Origin: Escherichia coli
GTDB lineage: Bacteria; Pseudomonadota; Gammaproteobacteria; Enterobacterales; Enterobacteriaceae
Reading direction: 5' to 3' (one strand)
Length of the DNA stretch: 64,000 nt
Assembly: GCF_048403405.1 (NCBI RefSeq)
Contig: NZ_CP183129.1
A program made the translations under genes and the position numbers. The notes beneath the pieces are model-generated. The model was not told the DNA's origin. It ran no database searches and saw only the letters and a list, made by a program, of their open reading frames with translations. This document shows, piece after piece, positions 42,439 to 51,927 of this stretch (position 1 is its first letter; every line of letters starts with the position of its first letter).

Positions 42439-42723
42439 TTACCTCCAGATGCGTTGCTGGAATGTGCGGGACGGACGCGGTGGGCGTTCGGAATAAGGGA
42501 GTCTGACGTAGATTATCCAGTGACGATAATCGAGGGTGAGGGCTTTCCTAAACTCATATCCACGTCTGCGGTAGTTATGAATCAGCCATTCGGCCTGTTC
42601 TTCAGTACAGGGATCGTGCTGATACCAGTCATATTTGAATGCGTGAGAACGCCACCCGTGCCTGCTGGCAAAGGCAGAATCAGAATTGCGAAATTTGAAA
42701 TTATGCGCCATTGTCATCTCCAA
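42439..42723 (-). CDS. Hypothetical phage protein
   Basis: 94 aa ORF abutting the DUF968 gene. Confidence 0.4.
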   Translation of the reverse strand: MEMTMAHNFKFRNSDSAFASRHGWRSHAFKYDWYQHDPCTEEQAEWLIHNYRRRGYEFRKALTLDYRHWIIYVRLPYSERPPRPSRTFQQRIWR

Positions 42724-42770
42724 TGGCGCTGCAGGTTGCCAGTTGTTCAGGCTGGCTCACGTATTATAAC

Positions 42771-42992
42771 TTATTCCCGAACTACCTTGAAACCGAGTCT
42801 TTCCAAGTATTCAATGAATGCCTCAACAGATAACACTACATGATCATCAGGAATTAACGCTGTGTAGGTAATACCCCCATTCTCAACGCGCACAGCATAG
42901 AGGCCATCTTCACTAAAAATTTCACGTAATTCTTCGATTTTCATCAACAGAATCCTTCCAGATAAATAGCACTCCCCCTGTTCGGGGTCCAT
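42771..42992 (-). CDS. Hypothetical phage protein
   Basis: 73 aa ORF. Confidence 0.4.
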   Translation of the reverse strand: MDPEQGECYLSGRILLMKIEELREIFSEDGLYAVRVENGGITYTALIPDDHVVLSVEAFIEYLERLGFKVVRE

Positions 42993-43074
42993 CCCTCTTC
43001 TCCCTGCGCGCTACTTAAGTATTTTTGATTCTATTCTGGCACCGTCCAAAACTTCAAACACGTTGAAAATAAAA

Positions 43075-43096
43075 ACAAAAAACCCGCCGAAGCGGG
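43075..43096 (-). terminator. Intrinsic terminator after the XRE-peptidase gene
   Basis: Late strand cccgcttcggcggg followed by TTTTTTGTTTTT; same hairpin as at 44912-44936. Confidence 0.7.
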
Positions 43097-43101
43097 TATA
43101 C

Positions 43102-44208
43102 TCAAACAATCTGGAAAATATTTCTTGGATTTGTAATAGGTCTGTTGATGGAGAACAACTCACGAATTAAATCTTGGCTCAAGCCAGTTTTCATAAGAAT
43201 TCTTAGCCAGGTTGCATCATCCAGCATTTCAATCGCCTCGGCCAGCATGCCGGGTTCTTCAGGGCGCAAAAGTTCATCACCAGGTTCAACTCTCGTATAC
43301 CCTCTGGAATTAAGATGCATATAGCCAGTTCTTGCCTGTTCCTGGGTCAATAAGCCTAATGCGCTGGCTCGATAAATACACATTTTAAGGCTGATTTTCC
43401 ATCTAAGTTTAAATTCAACCAGAGCATTCCAGTCGAATTGCTTACCTCGTATTCGTGGAAATTCTTTAATGAAAGATAACCTGGGAACTAATAAGGCGCT
43501 CGAAAAGTGATCGGCTTGTGATTCCGTAAGTTTATCACCTGTCGTTATGCCCTCATGCATTACTAAATGCCCTAATTCATGACCTAAATCAGAGCGAAAT
43601 CTACATATGCTTTTTTTAACATTGTTCCTGATGATAACAGGCCTGTTATTGTGAACAGTAAAAGCATCAACACGATCATCGACTCCCGTAACATGCGCAA
43701 CGATTACCCCTAAACTCTCCGCCAATTTAACCATTGATGATATAGGGCCAAGACCTAAATTCCAGGCACGGCGACAATCTTCTGCCACTCGCTCAATATC
43801 ATTCGGAGTAAGTAATTCAGCCCCTGGGTGCTCCGGTATGTTAACGTCAGGAAATTCGATTTCACCTTCAACAGCAGAAATTATAATATTAAGAATCTCA
43901 GCCCTGGCCAATACACTATTAGTCAGCGTTTGAGTCCTGGACTTCTTACTCCGAAAATGGCAGACATCACTTTCCAGAGCGTATTTTCGTTCAGTAAAAA
44001 GAAAACTGGACTTAATCATAAGCGCTGAAGATATTAACTCAAGACATTGCTCCGATGGCCTGCACCCCTTCTCCAGTTTGCTAACGAATTGCTTTGTCTT
44101 GCCAATTTTTTCGGCTAACTCTTCACAAGAAAGCCCAACAGCCATTCTCGCTAGTTTGAGCTTATCACCCCGATACTCAGTGAAGTTATTCACCTGATGT
44201 TCCATCAC
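43102..44208 (-). CDS. XRE-family HTH regulator fused to ImmA/IrrE-type (COG2856) zinc metallopeptidase
   Basis: 368 aa; N-terminal HTH (LKLARMAVGLSCEELAEKIGKTKQFVSKLEKG), C-terminal HEXXH (HELGHLVMH); AT-rich. Confidence 0.75.
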   Translation of the reverse strand: MMEHQVNNFTEYRGDKLKLARMAVGLSCEELAEKIGKTKQFVSKLEKGCRPSEQCLELISSALMIKSSFLFTERKYALESDVCHFRSKKSRTQTLTNSVLARAEILNIIISAVEGEIEFPDVNIPEHPGAELLTPNDIERVAEDCRRAWNLGLGPISSMVKLAESLGVIVAHVTGVDDRVDAFTVHNNRPVIIRNNVKKSICRFRSDLGHELGHLVMHEGITTGDKLTESQADHFSSALLVPRLSFIKEFPRIRGKQFDWNALVEFKLRWKISLKMCIYRASALGLLTQEQARTGYMHLNSRGYTRVEPGDELLRPEEPGMLAEAIEMLDDATWLRILMKTGLSQDLIRELFSINRPITNPRNIFQIV

Positions 44209-44836
44209 TGCTCACATCCAAATCTTTATCCTTCGTACGCCGACGAAGAGGCACCTTATTAATCTCCGCTTCGTCAGGGAGTGTGTTATAATCAAGAGGC
44301 ATAAGCGGCATCGATGCTGTAGATTGATGAGAAACTATACTAATCTGAGCACCATAAGTATTAAATCCAACAAGAGCTACCTCCCAACGAGGCAGTGTGG
44401 ACTCTAATTCACCATCGCCCTCTTCGGATAAAAAAGGCTCAGCTATGACTCGCCATGTAATATCTTGCTCAGCCTCAACATCACCAAACAATGAGAGCTG
44501 CTCATACTCTACTTTATTTCGACGCAGACGATGTTTCTTTTTGGGGTTATTAATGCAATCTTTGGTAAATTGTAGCGGAACTTTATTTAAAGCAACTACA
44601 TAGTCCAACCCCTTGGAAATCATCTCAAGGCCAGGAATTGCATCTTCATTTTGAATAAGATGATTTCTGACCCAATCATAAGCCCTTACACCTTCAGACC
44701 AGTTGCTGTCTAATGCGTGCTTATGATAGTACAGCTGCTCAAGTACGTTAGCGATCTCCGCCAACAAGTGGCGAACATAGTTTTCAGCAAGATAAGGTTG
44801 AAATTCCCAACAAGGAGCTAACTGATTTTCATTCAT
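44186..44836 (-). CDS. Uncharacterized protein (216 aa), upstream partner of the XRE-peptidase gene
   Basis: ORF overlaps the downstream gene by 23 nt; TTGACA -35 element upstream; no recognisable motif. Confidence 0.55.
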   Translation of the reverse strand: MNENQLAPCWEFQPYLAENYVRHLLAEIANVLEQLYYHKHALDSNWSEGVRAYDWVRNHLIQNEDAIPGLEMISKGLDYVVALNKVPLQFTKDCINNPKKKHRLRRNKVEYEQLSLFGDVEAEQDITWRVIAEPFLSEEGDGELESTLPRWEVALVGFNTYGAQISIVSHQSTASMPLMPLDYNTLPDEAEINKVPLRRRTKDKDLDVSSDGTSGE

Positions 44837-44911
44837 TTCAAGTTTCGCTTTTTTTAGAATTCGTAAACCACATATTTTCGCATTTTTCTATTTTTGTCAA
44901 CCAGACTAATG

Positions 44912-44936
44912 CAAAAACCCGCCGAAGCGGGTTAAG
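44912..44936 (-). terminator. Intrinsic terminator after hok
   Basis: cccgcttcggcggg hairpin followed by T-run on the late strand. Confidence 0.7.
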
Positions 44937-45001
44937 TGCGGGTGCGTTGAGGATGCCTGGCACATCAGAGGTGGCGGGAGATTACTCCCCCGCCGGGTCT
45001 C

Positions 45002-45157
45002 TTACTCCTCAGGTTCGTAAGCTGTGAAGACAGCGACCTCCGTCTGGCCGGTTCGGATTCGTACCTCGCAGAGGTCTTTCCTCGTTACCAGTGCCGTCAC
45101 AATGACGGTTAAACAGATGACGATCAGGGCGATTAACATCGCCTTTTGCTGCTTCAT
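45002..45157 (-). CDS. hokD: Hok/Gef-family type I toxin (HokD/RelF-like, 51 aa)
   Basis: MKQQKAMLIALIVICLTVIVTALVTRKDLCEVRIRTGQTEVAVFTAYEPEE matches HokD; track ORF has an in-frame upstream extension. Confidence 0.85.
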   Translation of the reverse strand: MKQQKAMLIALIVICLTVIVTALVTRKDLCEVRIRTGQTEVAVFTAYEPEE

Positions 45158-45394
45158 AGCCTGCTTCCCCTTGCCTTTCGGCACGTAAGAGGCTAACCTA
45201 CATTTGTGAGACATAGATTGGGCCTCAGATTAATGTTAAGCGTCTTGCAGGACGCGAAATGTTAACTGGGGCTTTTCTCTATCTGCCTTTCAGTGTTCAT
45301 GCCTGAGACAGATAGCCTCAAGCACCCGCAGCCATTCTACTTAACTCACGTCACCTCGCCAATATGAAATCAATCAGAAAGGTGATCCATAAAA

Positions 45395-46081
45395 TCACTC
45401 CTTCTCTTCTTTTCCGTAGTGGAGTTGGCCAATTTTGATAAGAGGGCGTCCCTGAGATTTGCGGTGTAGATTGGTATCGCGCAGAGAATACACACAGCCA
45501 CAATATTCCTGCTGATAGAATTTTTCGCGCTTGCTGATTTCAATCATACGGGACGAGCCGCCCTGCTTGCGCCAGTTATAATCCCAGTACACCATACCCG
45601 GATAATGCGCAACAGCTCGCCGCCCACACTCGTTAACCTGCTGCATATTTTTCCAGCGTGAAATGCCCAGTGAACTGCTGATCACACTGAAACCATTTTC
45701 AGCAGCGTACAACGCTGTCCGCTCAAAACGCATGTCAAAACACATGGTACAACGGATCCCCCTCTCAGGCTCCCATTCCATTCCTTTGGCACGTTCAAAC
45801 CAGTTGTCGGTGTCGTAATCAGCATCGATAAACGGCACGCCGTGTTGTTCAGCAAAGCGAATATTTTCATCCTTACGAATTAAATACTCTTTCTGAGGAT
45901 GAATGTTCGGGTTGTAGAAAAAGATGGTGTAGTCGATTCCCGAGGCCTGAAGCGCCTCCATCACTTCACCGGAACATGGAGCACAGCAAGAGTGCAGTAG
46001 TAGTTTGTTTGCCCCGTTTGGGAGCTCCAATTTAGGCCGTTTGAAATCAGCAATAGTCATAAATATTTTTATTGGGGTCAT
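45395..46081 (-). CDS. QueH-like (DUF208) putative epoxyqueuosine reductase
   Basis: Conserved Cys motifs [12 protein letters not shown] and YCGCVYS; start ambiguous (M at 46081 or 46060); family call from memory. Confidence 0.55.
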   Translation of the reverse strand: MTPIKIFMTIADFKRPKLELPNGANKLLLHSCCAPCSGEVMEALQASGIDYTIFFYNPNIHPQKEYLIRKDENIRFAEQHGVPFIDADYDTDNWFERAKGMEWEPERGIRCTMCFDMRFERTALYAAENGFSVISSSLGISRWKNMQQVNECGRRAVAHYPGMVYWDYNWRKQGGSSRMIEISKREKFYQQEYCGCVYSLRDTNLHRKSQGRPLIKIGQLHYGKEEKE

Positions 46082-46135
46082 GAAAATAGCACAGAGTGTA
46101 GCATCAGAGTGTACTGACCCCAAAAAGTTGGACAG

Positions 46136-46987
46136 TTAAACACGAGGCATATAGGTCTGATTCCGATATTCAATTGGAGTCAGACCTTTTAATTTCAGGC
46201 TAATTCTTCTGCTGTTGTAGTATTCAATATATTCCGTAACAGCATCCTTCAGTTCGCTTATATTACTGAACTCATCAAGATAAAAACACTCCGACTTTAA
46301 GGTTCCAAAGAAACACTCCACCACAGCATTATCCAGACAATTGCCTTTTCTGGACATGCTTTGTTTAATACCATGTTCTTTAAGGATATTTTGATATCTT
46401 CTCATACGATACTGCCATCCCTGGTCAGAGTGCAGAACAGGATGCTCGTGAGGATTAAGCTTTTTGAATGCCTGATCGAGCATATTCTCAACCATGTTCA
46501 TCACTGGTCTTTCCGAAAGGCTGTAAGAAATAACTTCGTTGTTGAAGAGATCTATTACTGGAGACAAATACAGCTTGCGCCCATTGACTGCAAATTCAGT
46601 AACATCGGTAACCCACTTCTCGTTTGGCCGCGTAGCCTTGAAATCTCTTTGGAGAACATTAGGGGCGGTTTGCCCTACCTCTCCTCTGTAAGAGCGGTAT
46701 CGCTTGACCTTAATCGCTGCTTTAAGTGAGAGGGTTCCCATCAGGCGCTGAACAGCTTTATGGTTAATCTGTTTCCCTTCTCGATGAAGAGACAGCGTTA
46801 CCCTACGGTATCCGTATCGGCCTCTATTCTCGTGATAAATCTCACTAATACGCTTTTTAACGTCCGCATACTTGTCAGGCTTGCTGAGAGCCTTTAGATG
46901 ATAATAAAACGTACTGCGCGGTATCTCCGCAGCCCTGAGAAGCTCATCAAGAGGATAAAACTGCCTTAGCTCGTTGAGTACTTTCAC
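46136..46987 (-). CDS. insK: IS150 transposase OrfB (DDE domain)
   Basis: 283 aa; ...[48 protein letters not shown]... Confidence 0.9.
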
Positions 46988-47505
46988 TTTTTCGTGGGAT
47001 GAGCTAAGGCTTTCAGCTTTTTTAGATACATAAGCCGCGTTTCAAGAAATCGAACTTGCCTTTCAAGATCCTCAATGCGTCGGTCTTTTGACAGCTCCAA
47101 TGCTGATGCCGCTTTTTCTGGATCAACTGATATTGCAATGTTTCTTTTGGTGCCAATCTTGAGCGCGCGTAAACCAGCTTCTCCGCGCTCTTCATAGACC
47201 TTCAGCCACCTGGCTACAGAACCACTACCAGCAAGCATAAAGTGAGCAGCAGCCTGATTAAGGGACATGTGCTGCTCGATCACAGCTTTCACGACCTTAA
47301 TACGCAACTCTGGATCAGCACTAACGCCTTTAGGTTTGGGAATTAAACCTTTTTCTCCATGTTTTTCATAGAGGGCAACCCATGTCCTGACCTGGGTTCG
47401 GGGGACACCAAAACGTGCCGAGATGATCCTGTAACCATCATCAGTTGTGAAGTAGTGATTCACGACTTCAAGGCGCTTTTCAAAAGGGTATTTTGGCTTT
47501 GACAT
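46984..47505 (-). CDS. insJ: IS150 transposase OrfA (HTH)
   Basis: 173 aa MSKPKYPFEKRLEVVNHYFTTDDGYRIISARFGVPRTQVRTWVALYEKHG...; 4 nt overlap with orfB. Confidence 0.9.
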   Translation of the reverse strand: MSKPKYPFEKRLEVVNHYFTTDDGYRIISARFGVPRTQVRTWVALYEKHGEKGLIPKPKGVSADPELRIKVVKAVIEQHMSLNQAAAHFMLAGSGSVARWLKVYEERGEAGLRALKIGTKRNIAISVDPEKAASALELSKDRRIEDLERQVRFLETRLMYLKKLKALAHPTKK

Positions 47506-47680
47506 ATTAGGGGCTATTCCATTTCATCGTCCAACAAAATGGGTGCAGTACAGAGCAGGGCTATCGGGAATATATGTCTAAATCTGGTAATATCTGGTTT
47601 TGACGCAAAGCGGACAACCACGCTGGCTCTACCCTGCGCCATGAAAATGTCAATTCACATCTGAACTAATGCTCTTTAAT

Positions 47681-48121
47681 CTAGTAACGTCTAAAATACC
47701 TAACATTTCCTTGATAAAATGCCAGTACACGCTGCATAGCTTCGCTCTTCCGGCACTCGCGACAGATTATATTCAGGCGCCTGTCGTAGCGGCGTATTTC
47801 GCCGTCTGGTAACGACCAGATAAGGTCCGGATCAACCACTGCAGGTTTCTTCACCTTTGCCCTTGAGAGTTTTTTGCGAGCATTTTGCCAGTCCTTACGC
47901 GCCTGTTCAGACGGGAATAACCCGTAACCAGAGTTGTATACATCGCCACTGGCAACCAGCTCTCTGGCGAGAACACTCATCAGATATCTTGTCGCACCTG
48001 TCTTGGCTTCCAGTTGCCGCAACGTCTCGCGACCGCTCAGACGTACAAGTTCAACAACCTGCCCTTTAATTTTTTCCCGCTCTTCTTGTGTAAATACTTT
48101 TGCCATAAGCGCCTCCGGCAA
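47681..48121 (-). CDS. Hypothetical phage protein
   Basis: 146 aa ORF; C-terminal Cys pair (CRECRK). Confidence 0.4.
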   Translation of the reverse strand: MPEALMAKVFTQEEREKIKGQVVELVRLSGRETLRQLEAKTGATRYLMSVLARELVASGDVYNSGYGLFPSEQARKDWQNARKKLSRAKVKKPAVVDPDLIWSLPDGEIRRYDRRLNIICRECRKSEAMQRVLAFYQGNVRYFRRY

Positions 48122-48910
48122 TCACTTTTCCGATACAACACGGCGGGAAGAATCAGTAATCTGTCGAACAATATCCCGGTGCTTGTTCAGCTCCCGCAGC
48201 GCGGCGCAGACTCGCTCCCACTTCTGAACATCACTTTTCGCCCTGCGCAGCGCCAGGTTTGCCCTGCGAAGGGACGGAAAAATCAGCTCATCTGCTTGCG
48301 TTTCGGTAAACGATGGCAACGGCTGCACAATGTCCGCCACAGTTTCTGTTTTAATTTCTTCCTGTGTTGCGGCTTCCCGGACTGGTAACGCAGCACCTGC
48401 TGGCTGAGGAAAGGCCTTACCATCACTTTCCGTTACCAGCGCGGCTTTCGGCTCTGCTGGTAAATTATCGCCCGGCATGCAGTAACGAAATTTACCGTTC
48501 TGATTAACGCGTGCCAGCCGCCCCGTTGCGGTTACCACCGCCAGCGTGGAAGCAACCTTGCGAGTACTGACACCGAACTTACCCGCCAGTTCCTCACACG
48601 TTTTAGCCCCATCCTGACCGATAAACTCAATCATCATGTCTGCGGTAACTTTTTGTTCGACCTCCCCGGTCAGCATATCCTGTGCTTCAGATTTTACTGG
48701 CCGCTCTTCGGTTACCCGGGATTCACCTTCGCCAGCCAGAAACCAGGTGTGACCAGTTTTATCAACGACGCCTTTTCTTTTGAGTTCCCACAGCTCGTTG
48801 AGAACCTCTTCACGACTGATATCAAGTCGCGCGGCCAGTTCTACCGATGTGGCTTTTCCCATTGCTTTCAGTGCGTCAAATACGGTTTCCATTAAAATTT
48901 CCTCCGACAA
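48122..48910 (-). CDS. Hypothetical phage protein with tandem winged-helix-like segments
   Basis: 262 aa ORF upstream of the replication genes. Confidence 0.45.
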   Translation of the reverse strand: MSEEILMETVFDALKAMGKATSVELAARLDISREEVLNELWELKRKGVVDKTGHTWFLAGEGESRVTEERPVKSEAQDMLTGEVEQKVTADMMIEFIGQDGAKTCEELAGKFGVSTRKVASTLAVVTATGRLARVNQNGKFRYCMPGDNLPAEPKAALVTESDGKAFPQPAGAALPVREAATQEEIKTETVADIVQPLPSFTETQADELIFPSLRRANLALRRAKSDVQKWERVCAALRELNKHRDIVRQITDSSRRVVSEK

Positions 48911-48925
48911 AATCGTTTCTCAGAT

Positions 48926-49591
48926 TCAAATAAAACCAGCTGCCTTCCGGCGTTCGTATTCCTGTTTCAGCCGTTCAATTGGCGTTGGCCCTTGCGGGTG
49001 TTTCGCCCCTTCCAGTTGTCGTCGCACTGGCGGAACACTCATCCCGTTACCAACATGCTTTGCCCATTTCGTCAGTTGCCGTTCCGCAAGTCGTTTTAAC
49101 TCACCCTGCGTCATCTGGCGCTCAATCCCTCTGGTACGCATTTCGAGGCAGATGTGGTACAGCACAGGCTGAGGCCACGGATATTTGTCGCTTCCGTCAT
49201 ATCGCCAGGACTCATCACGCCAGCGGCGGTACTCCTCCATCACAGCATCCACCGTCAGGCCAAATGGATTGGCCCCGCTTTCTGAAATCAGCGCCACAAA
49301 CTCAGCCAGGTCCGGAGGCCATGTTTCACCCGCCCGGCAGCGGTCCATGCACTGGCGGCAGACCTGTCGGATTTGCTGCTCAGTCATCGCGCCAATCTGT
49401 GCAATCCAGAGCTTCGAAGGTGCGGCCCCGTTCTTCTGGGTCCAGCGGTTCGAATAAACCTCCCCCATGAGTTCCCACAGCTTCCAGACCGTTTCCGTCG
49501 CTGATAAATCCGTTTTCACGTTCCCACTGCTCACGTGCTGCCCGAATTTCCTGAACTGCCCGTGATGCGGTGCCACCTGGTGCTGCTGCAT
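48926..49591 (-). CDS. Replication protein P-like (helicase loader); start uncertain
   Basis: Blocks resembling lambda P (PPDLAEFVALI, YPWPQPVLYHICLEM, TQGELKRLAERQL); longest ORF overlaps the O-like gene by ~210 nt. Confidence 0.55.
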   Translation of the reverse strand: MQQHQVAPHHGQFRKFGQHVSSGNVKTDLSATETVWKLWELMGEVYSNRWTQKNGAAPSKLWIAQIGAMTEQQIRQVCRQCMDRCRAGETWPPDLAEFVALISESGANPFGLTVDAVMEEYRRWRDESWRYDGSDKYPWPQPVLYHICLEMRTRGIERQMTQGELKRLAERQLTKWAKHVGNGMSVPPVRRQLEGAKHPQGPTPIERLKQEYERRKAAGFI

Positions 49592-50426
49592 GGTTTACCC
49601 CCTTGCTGACTGGCTTAACCTGCGCCCTGACGTGATTTACGTGACGGGCGAATTTCTGCTCCCACTGAACCTGCGTGAAAACTTTCCCCTCCGCTGCCCA
49701 GTAGTCCCGGAAAGCGGCAAGTTCAGCAGGTGTAAATTCCGGCTCCGGCAAAGCCATCCCCCACAACGCAGCCCGTCGTCGAAAATCCGGCGACGGATGC
49801 CAGTCATCGACCATCGGAAATTTCCCGATGGGTTCGCTCAGTCCATCCAGGGATGCAGGTTCTGCTGCCTGCAACGGCGTACCACTCGACTCACTGGTCG
49901 GAGCACTCTCGCGCACGTGCGCGTTATGTGTGGGGTTTAATTCTTTATCTGTATCTTTATCTGTCGTGACTCGTCGTGACATGTCGTGACATATGCGTGA
50001 CTCGTCGTGACACCCCTCATTCTGTTTTCGTAATTTTTCCCTCTCGCGCTGCGCTCTCTTGCGCTCTGCCGGGGATTTCGCGGTTTGTGAAACGTTGCCA
50101 TTGTCCTCTTTCAGTACCTGGCGTTTTTCCCATCCGGTGATTAAATCTCCATCAAGTACCCGCCCCTGCATTGCCTGTAAAATTGAATCAATTACTTCTT
50201 CCGTCACATCAAGCGCACTTGCTAAATCTTCCGTCGTGACATCAATGTGACCACGTAGTGACACGCCGTGACATGTCGTGACATTTCGTGACGCGCTCAC
50301 CAGAAGGTGGATATACACTGCCATCACTGTTGCAATTGGCTGCCCTGACACCCTGGCAATTGTTCGCCACTTAGGGTCATTTGGCATGTCATGCCATAAT
50401 CTGAGCCAGGCGTTAGCCATACTCAC
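49380..50426 (-). CDS. Putative replication initiator (O-position) with internal origin iterons
   Basis: 348 aa ORF between ydaT-like and P-like genes; contains two GTCGTGAC-type repeat clusters. Confidence 0.5.
   Translation of the reverse strand: MSMANAWLRLWHDMPNDPKWRTIARVSGQPIATVMAVYIHLLVSASRNVTTCHGVSLRGHIDVTTEDLASALDVTEEVIDSILQAMQGRVLDGDLITGWEKRQVLKEDNGNVSQTAKSPAERKRAQREREKLRKQNEGCHDESRICHDMSRRVTTDKDTDKELNPTHNAHVRESAPTSESSGTPLQAAEPASLDGLSEPIGKFPMVDDWHPSPDFRRRAALWGMALPEPEFTPAELAAFRDYWAAEGKVFTQVQWEQKFARHVNHVRAQVKPVSKGVNHAAAPGGTASRAVQEIRAAREQWERENGFISDGNGLEAVGTHGGGLFEPLDPEERGRTFEALDCTDWRDD
49961..50011. repeat. Iteron cluster 1 (about five copies of tcgtcgtgac / tgtcgtgac)
   Basis: Direct repeats within the O-like gene, preceded by an AT-rich stretch. 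Confidence 0.7.
50233..50291. repeat. Iteron cluster 2 (cgtcgtgac / tgtcgtgac / tttcgtgac variants)
   Basis: Second cluster of the same repeat within the O-like gene. Confidence 0.65.
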
Positions 50427-50491
50427 CTCTTCTGATACCGAATCTTTTTACTCACAAATTGCCGGAAGTGATCCGGTATGAATATTGCGAG

Positions 50492-50917
50492 TCAATGCAC
50501 AGCCACAATATTTCCTGCAGGGCCACCACGATTCATCTGGTTGAAACCAGCGATCGCCACTGCGACAAAATCATCAGCGTCTCTCACCAGTCGTTCCCGC
50601 GTCTCCACCAGCTCCCGAAAATAAGCTGAACTGTGGCTGCGCATTCGGGCCACCAGCAGAGGCGGCATTGCTTTTTCGATCGCTGGTAACAACGCCTGAA
50701 TTTTTTTAACCGCATCAGGAGTGTCTTTCTCCACCCAGCGGAAAATTTTCTGGGTATTGCGAGCCAGGGCTTCCGGATGGCTGTCGTCATATAATTCCGG
50801 GAACGTCATACCAAGCTCAAAATAAGCCCGGGTTATTTCAGCTGCCGGAACTTTTTCACCGTCCGGATGCGCCCAGGCATTCATCGCCATGCGGATGTGC
50901 TCATGCCTGATTTTCAT
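50492..50917 (-). CDS. YdaT-like (CII-position) regulatory protein
   Basis: 141 aa ORF directly downstream of the cro-like gene. Confidence 0.5.
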   Translation of the reverse strand: MKIRHEHIRMAMNAWAHPDGEKVPAAEITRAYFELGMTFPELYDDSHPEALARNTQKIFRWVEKDTPDAVKKIQALLPAIEKAMPPLLVARMRSHSSAYFRELVETRERLVRDADDFVAVAIAGFNQMNRGGPAGNIVAVH

Positions 50918-51182
50918 GAATCAACTCCGATGCATTTGGTGTGTTAGCCTTGAATCCAACAGGTAAGCCGTCGGTTGGATTCGGGTAAATATCAGGCCGG
51001 AGTTCATGAGGTGTAACCTCGAAATTCGTTACTTCAGCAACACGTAATGCTTTTTCAGGGCTGAATCTTTCATAGCCCCCCAGCACTCGACTTACATGCA
51101 CCTGAGATAAACCCGTTAGCTTCCCAAACTGTAGCTGGGTGATATGTTTCTCTTTTAAATAGTCTCTTAAGTTCATAGCCAA
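50901..51182 (-). CDS. Cro-like HTH protein (YdaS/DicC position)
   Basis: 93 aa, divergent from the repressor gene; HTH QLQFGKLTGLSQVHVSRVLGG. Confidence 0.6.
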   Translation of the reverse strand: MAMNLRDYLKEKHITQLQFGKLTGLSQVHVSRVLGGYERFSPEKALRVAEVTNFEVTPHELRPDIYPNPTDGLPVGFKANTPNASELIHENQA

Positions 51183-51283
51183 CCTTCTACGTTATGCCTC
51201 GAGCAAATATTAGCCCCGCTAATTTTAAAGATCAATAGCCAGACTATCTTTGATAATATTGGTAAAACAAATAAACTCTATGT

Positions 51284-51745
51284 ATGAAAAAAACACGCGA
51301 AGTGATTGCAACTCCAGAAGCGAGCAAGAATTTAAAAGCCGCATGGAATGCAAGAAAAAAAGAGCTGAAGCTGACTCAAGAGCTGGCGGCTGAGTTGTTG
51401 GGATTCGAATCTCAAGGCACCGTTAGCCAGTATCTGAACGGCAAGATACCGGTAAATACCGACGCTGCGCTAAAATTTGCGGCTCTGTTAAAGGTAAAAC
51501 CAGAGGACATTCGAGAAGACCTTAAAGACTTAATGAATTATGTAAGATCATCAGATACTTATGATGATAACTTTTCAGGCAAAGGATGGAGGCTGGTCAA
51601 TGAAGAACAGGCAGAGTTACTTAACCTCTTCGAGATTCTACCTGCGTCAGAAAAAGCCAAACTCCTTAACCAGCTACGTGGACTAAACAAGCTCTACGAG
51701 GAAGCCTTCGAGAACATGCTGGCACTAAAGAAACGTAACCAGTAG
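51284..51745 (+). CDS. Prophage repressor (DicA/RacR-like XRE-family)
   Basis: 153 aa, divergent from cro-like; HTH LTQELAAELLGFESQGTVSQYLNG; C-terminal ELLNLFEILPASEKAKLLNQL resembles DicA. Confidence 0.7.
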   Translation: MKKTREVIATPEASKNLKAAWNARKKELKLTQELAAELLGFESQGTVSQYLNGKIPVNTDAALKFAALLKVKPEDIREDLKDLMNYVRSSDTYDDNFSGKGWRLVNEEQAELLNLFEILPASEKAKLLNQLRGLNKLYEEAFENMLALKKRNQ

Positions 51746-51772
51746 CCACCGCTCACTACCCCATCCACAACA

Positions 51773-51805
51773 AAAAAACCGACGTCTTAGTCGGTTTTTT
51801 TGTGC
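51773..51805. terminator. Intrinsic terminator after the repressor gene
   Basis: aaaaaaaccgacgtcttagtcggttttttt. Confidence 0.7.
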
Positions 51806-51898
51806 CATAACTTCTGCAAATCAGCTGTATAACTAATATTTTTCCCTTGAAAAAACATTTACATAGTTACCAAATCAAAAATATCATACGCCATACTG

Positions 51899-51927
51899 TT
51901 GACTTAAAATATCCGCGTTACTAATAT
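51899..51927 (+). promoter_or_regulatory. Early-left promoter (pL-position)
   Basis: -35 TTGACT, 17 bp spacer, -10 TAATAT upstream of ydfA. Confidence 0.5.

Larger units (their letters stand above)
46110..47541 (-). mobile_element. IS150 (IS3 family) with 3 bp GAG target-site duplication
   Basis: Terminal inverted repeats tgtactgacccc / ggtgcagtaca; orfA/orfB arrangement; GAG at 46107-46109 and 47542-47544. Confidence 0.85.

Noticed and set aside
49961-50291. Clusters of GTCGTGAC repeats considered as a possible CRISPR array
   Set aside because: Repeats are 8-10 bp with irregular short spacing, lie inside a replication gene and have no leader or cas genes; interpreted as origin iterons
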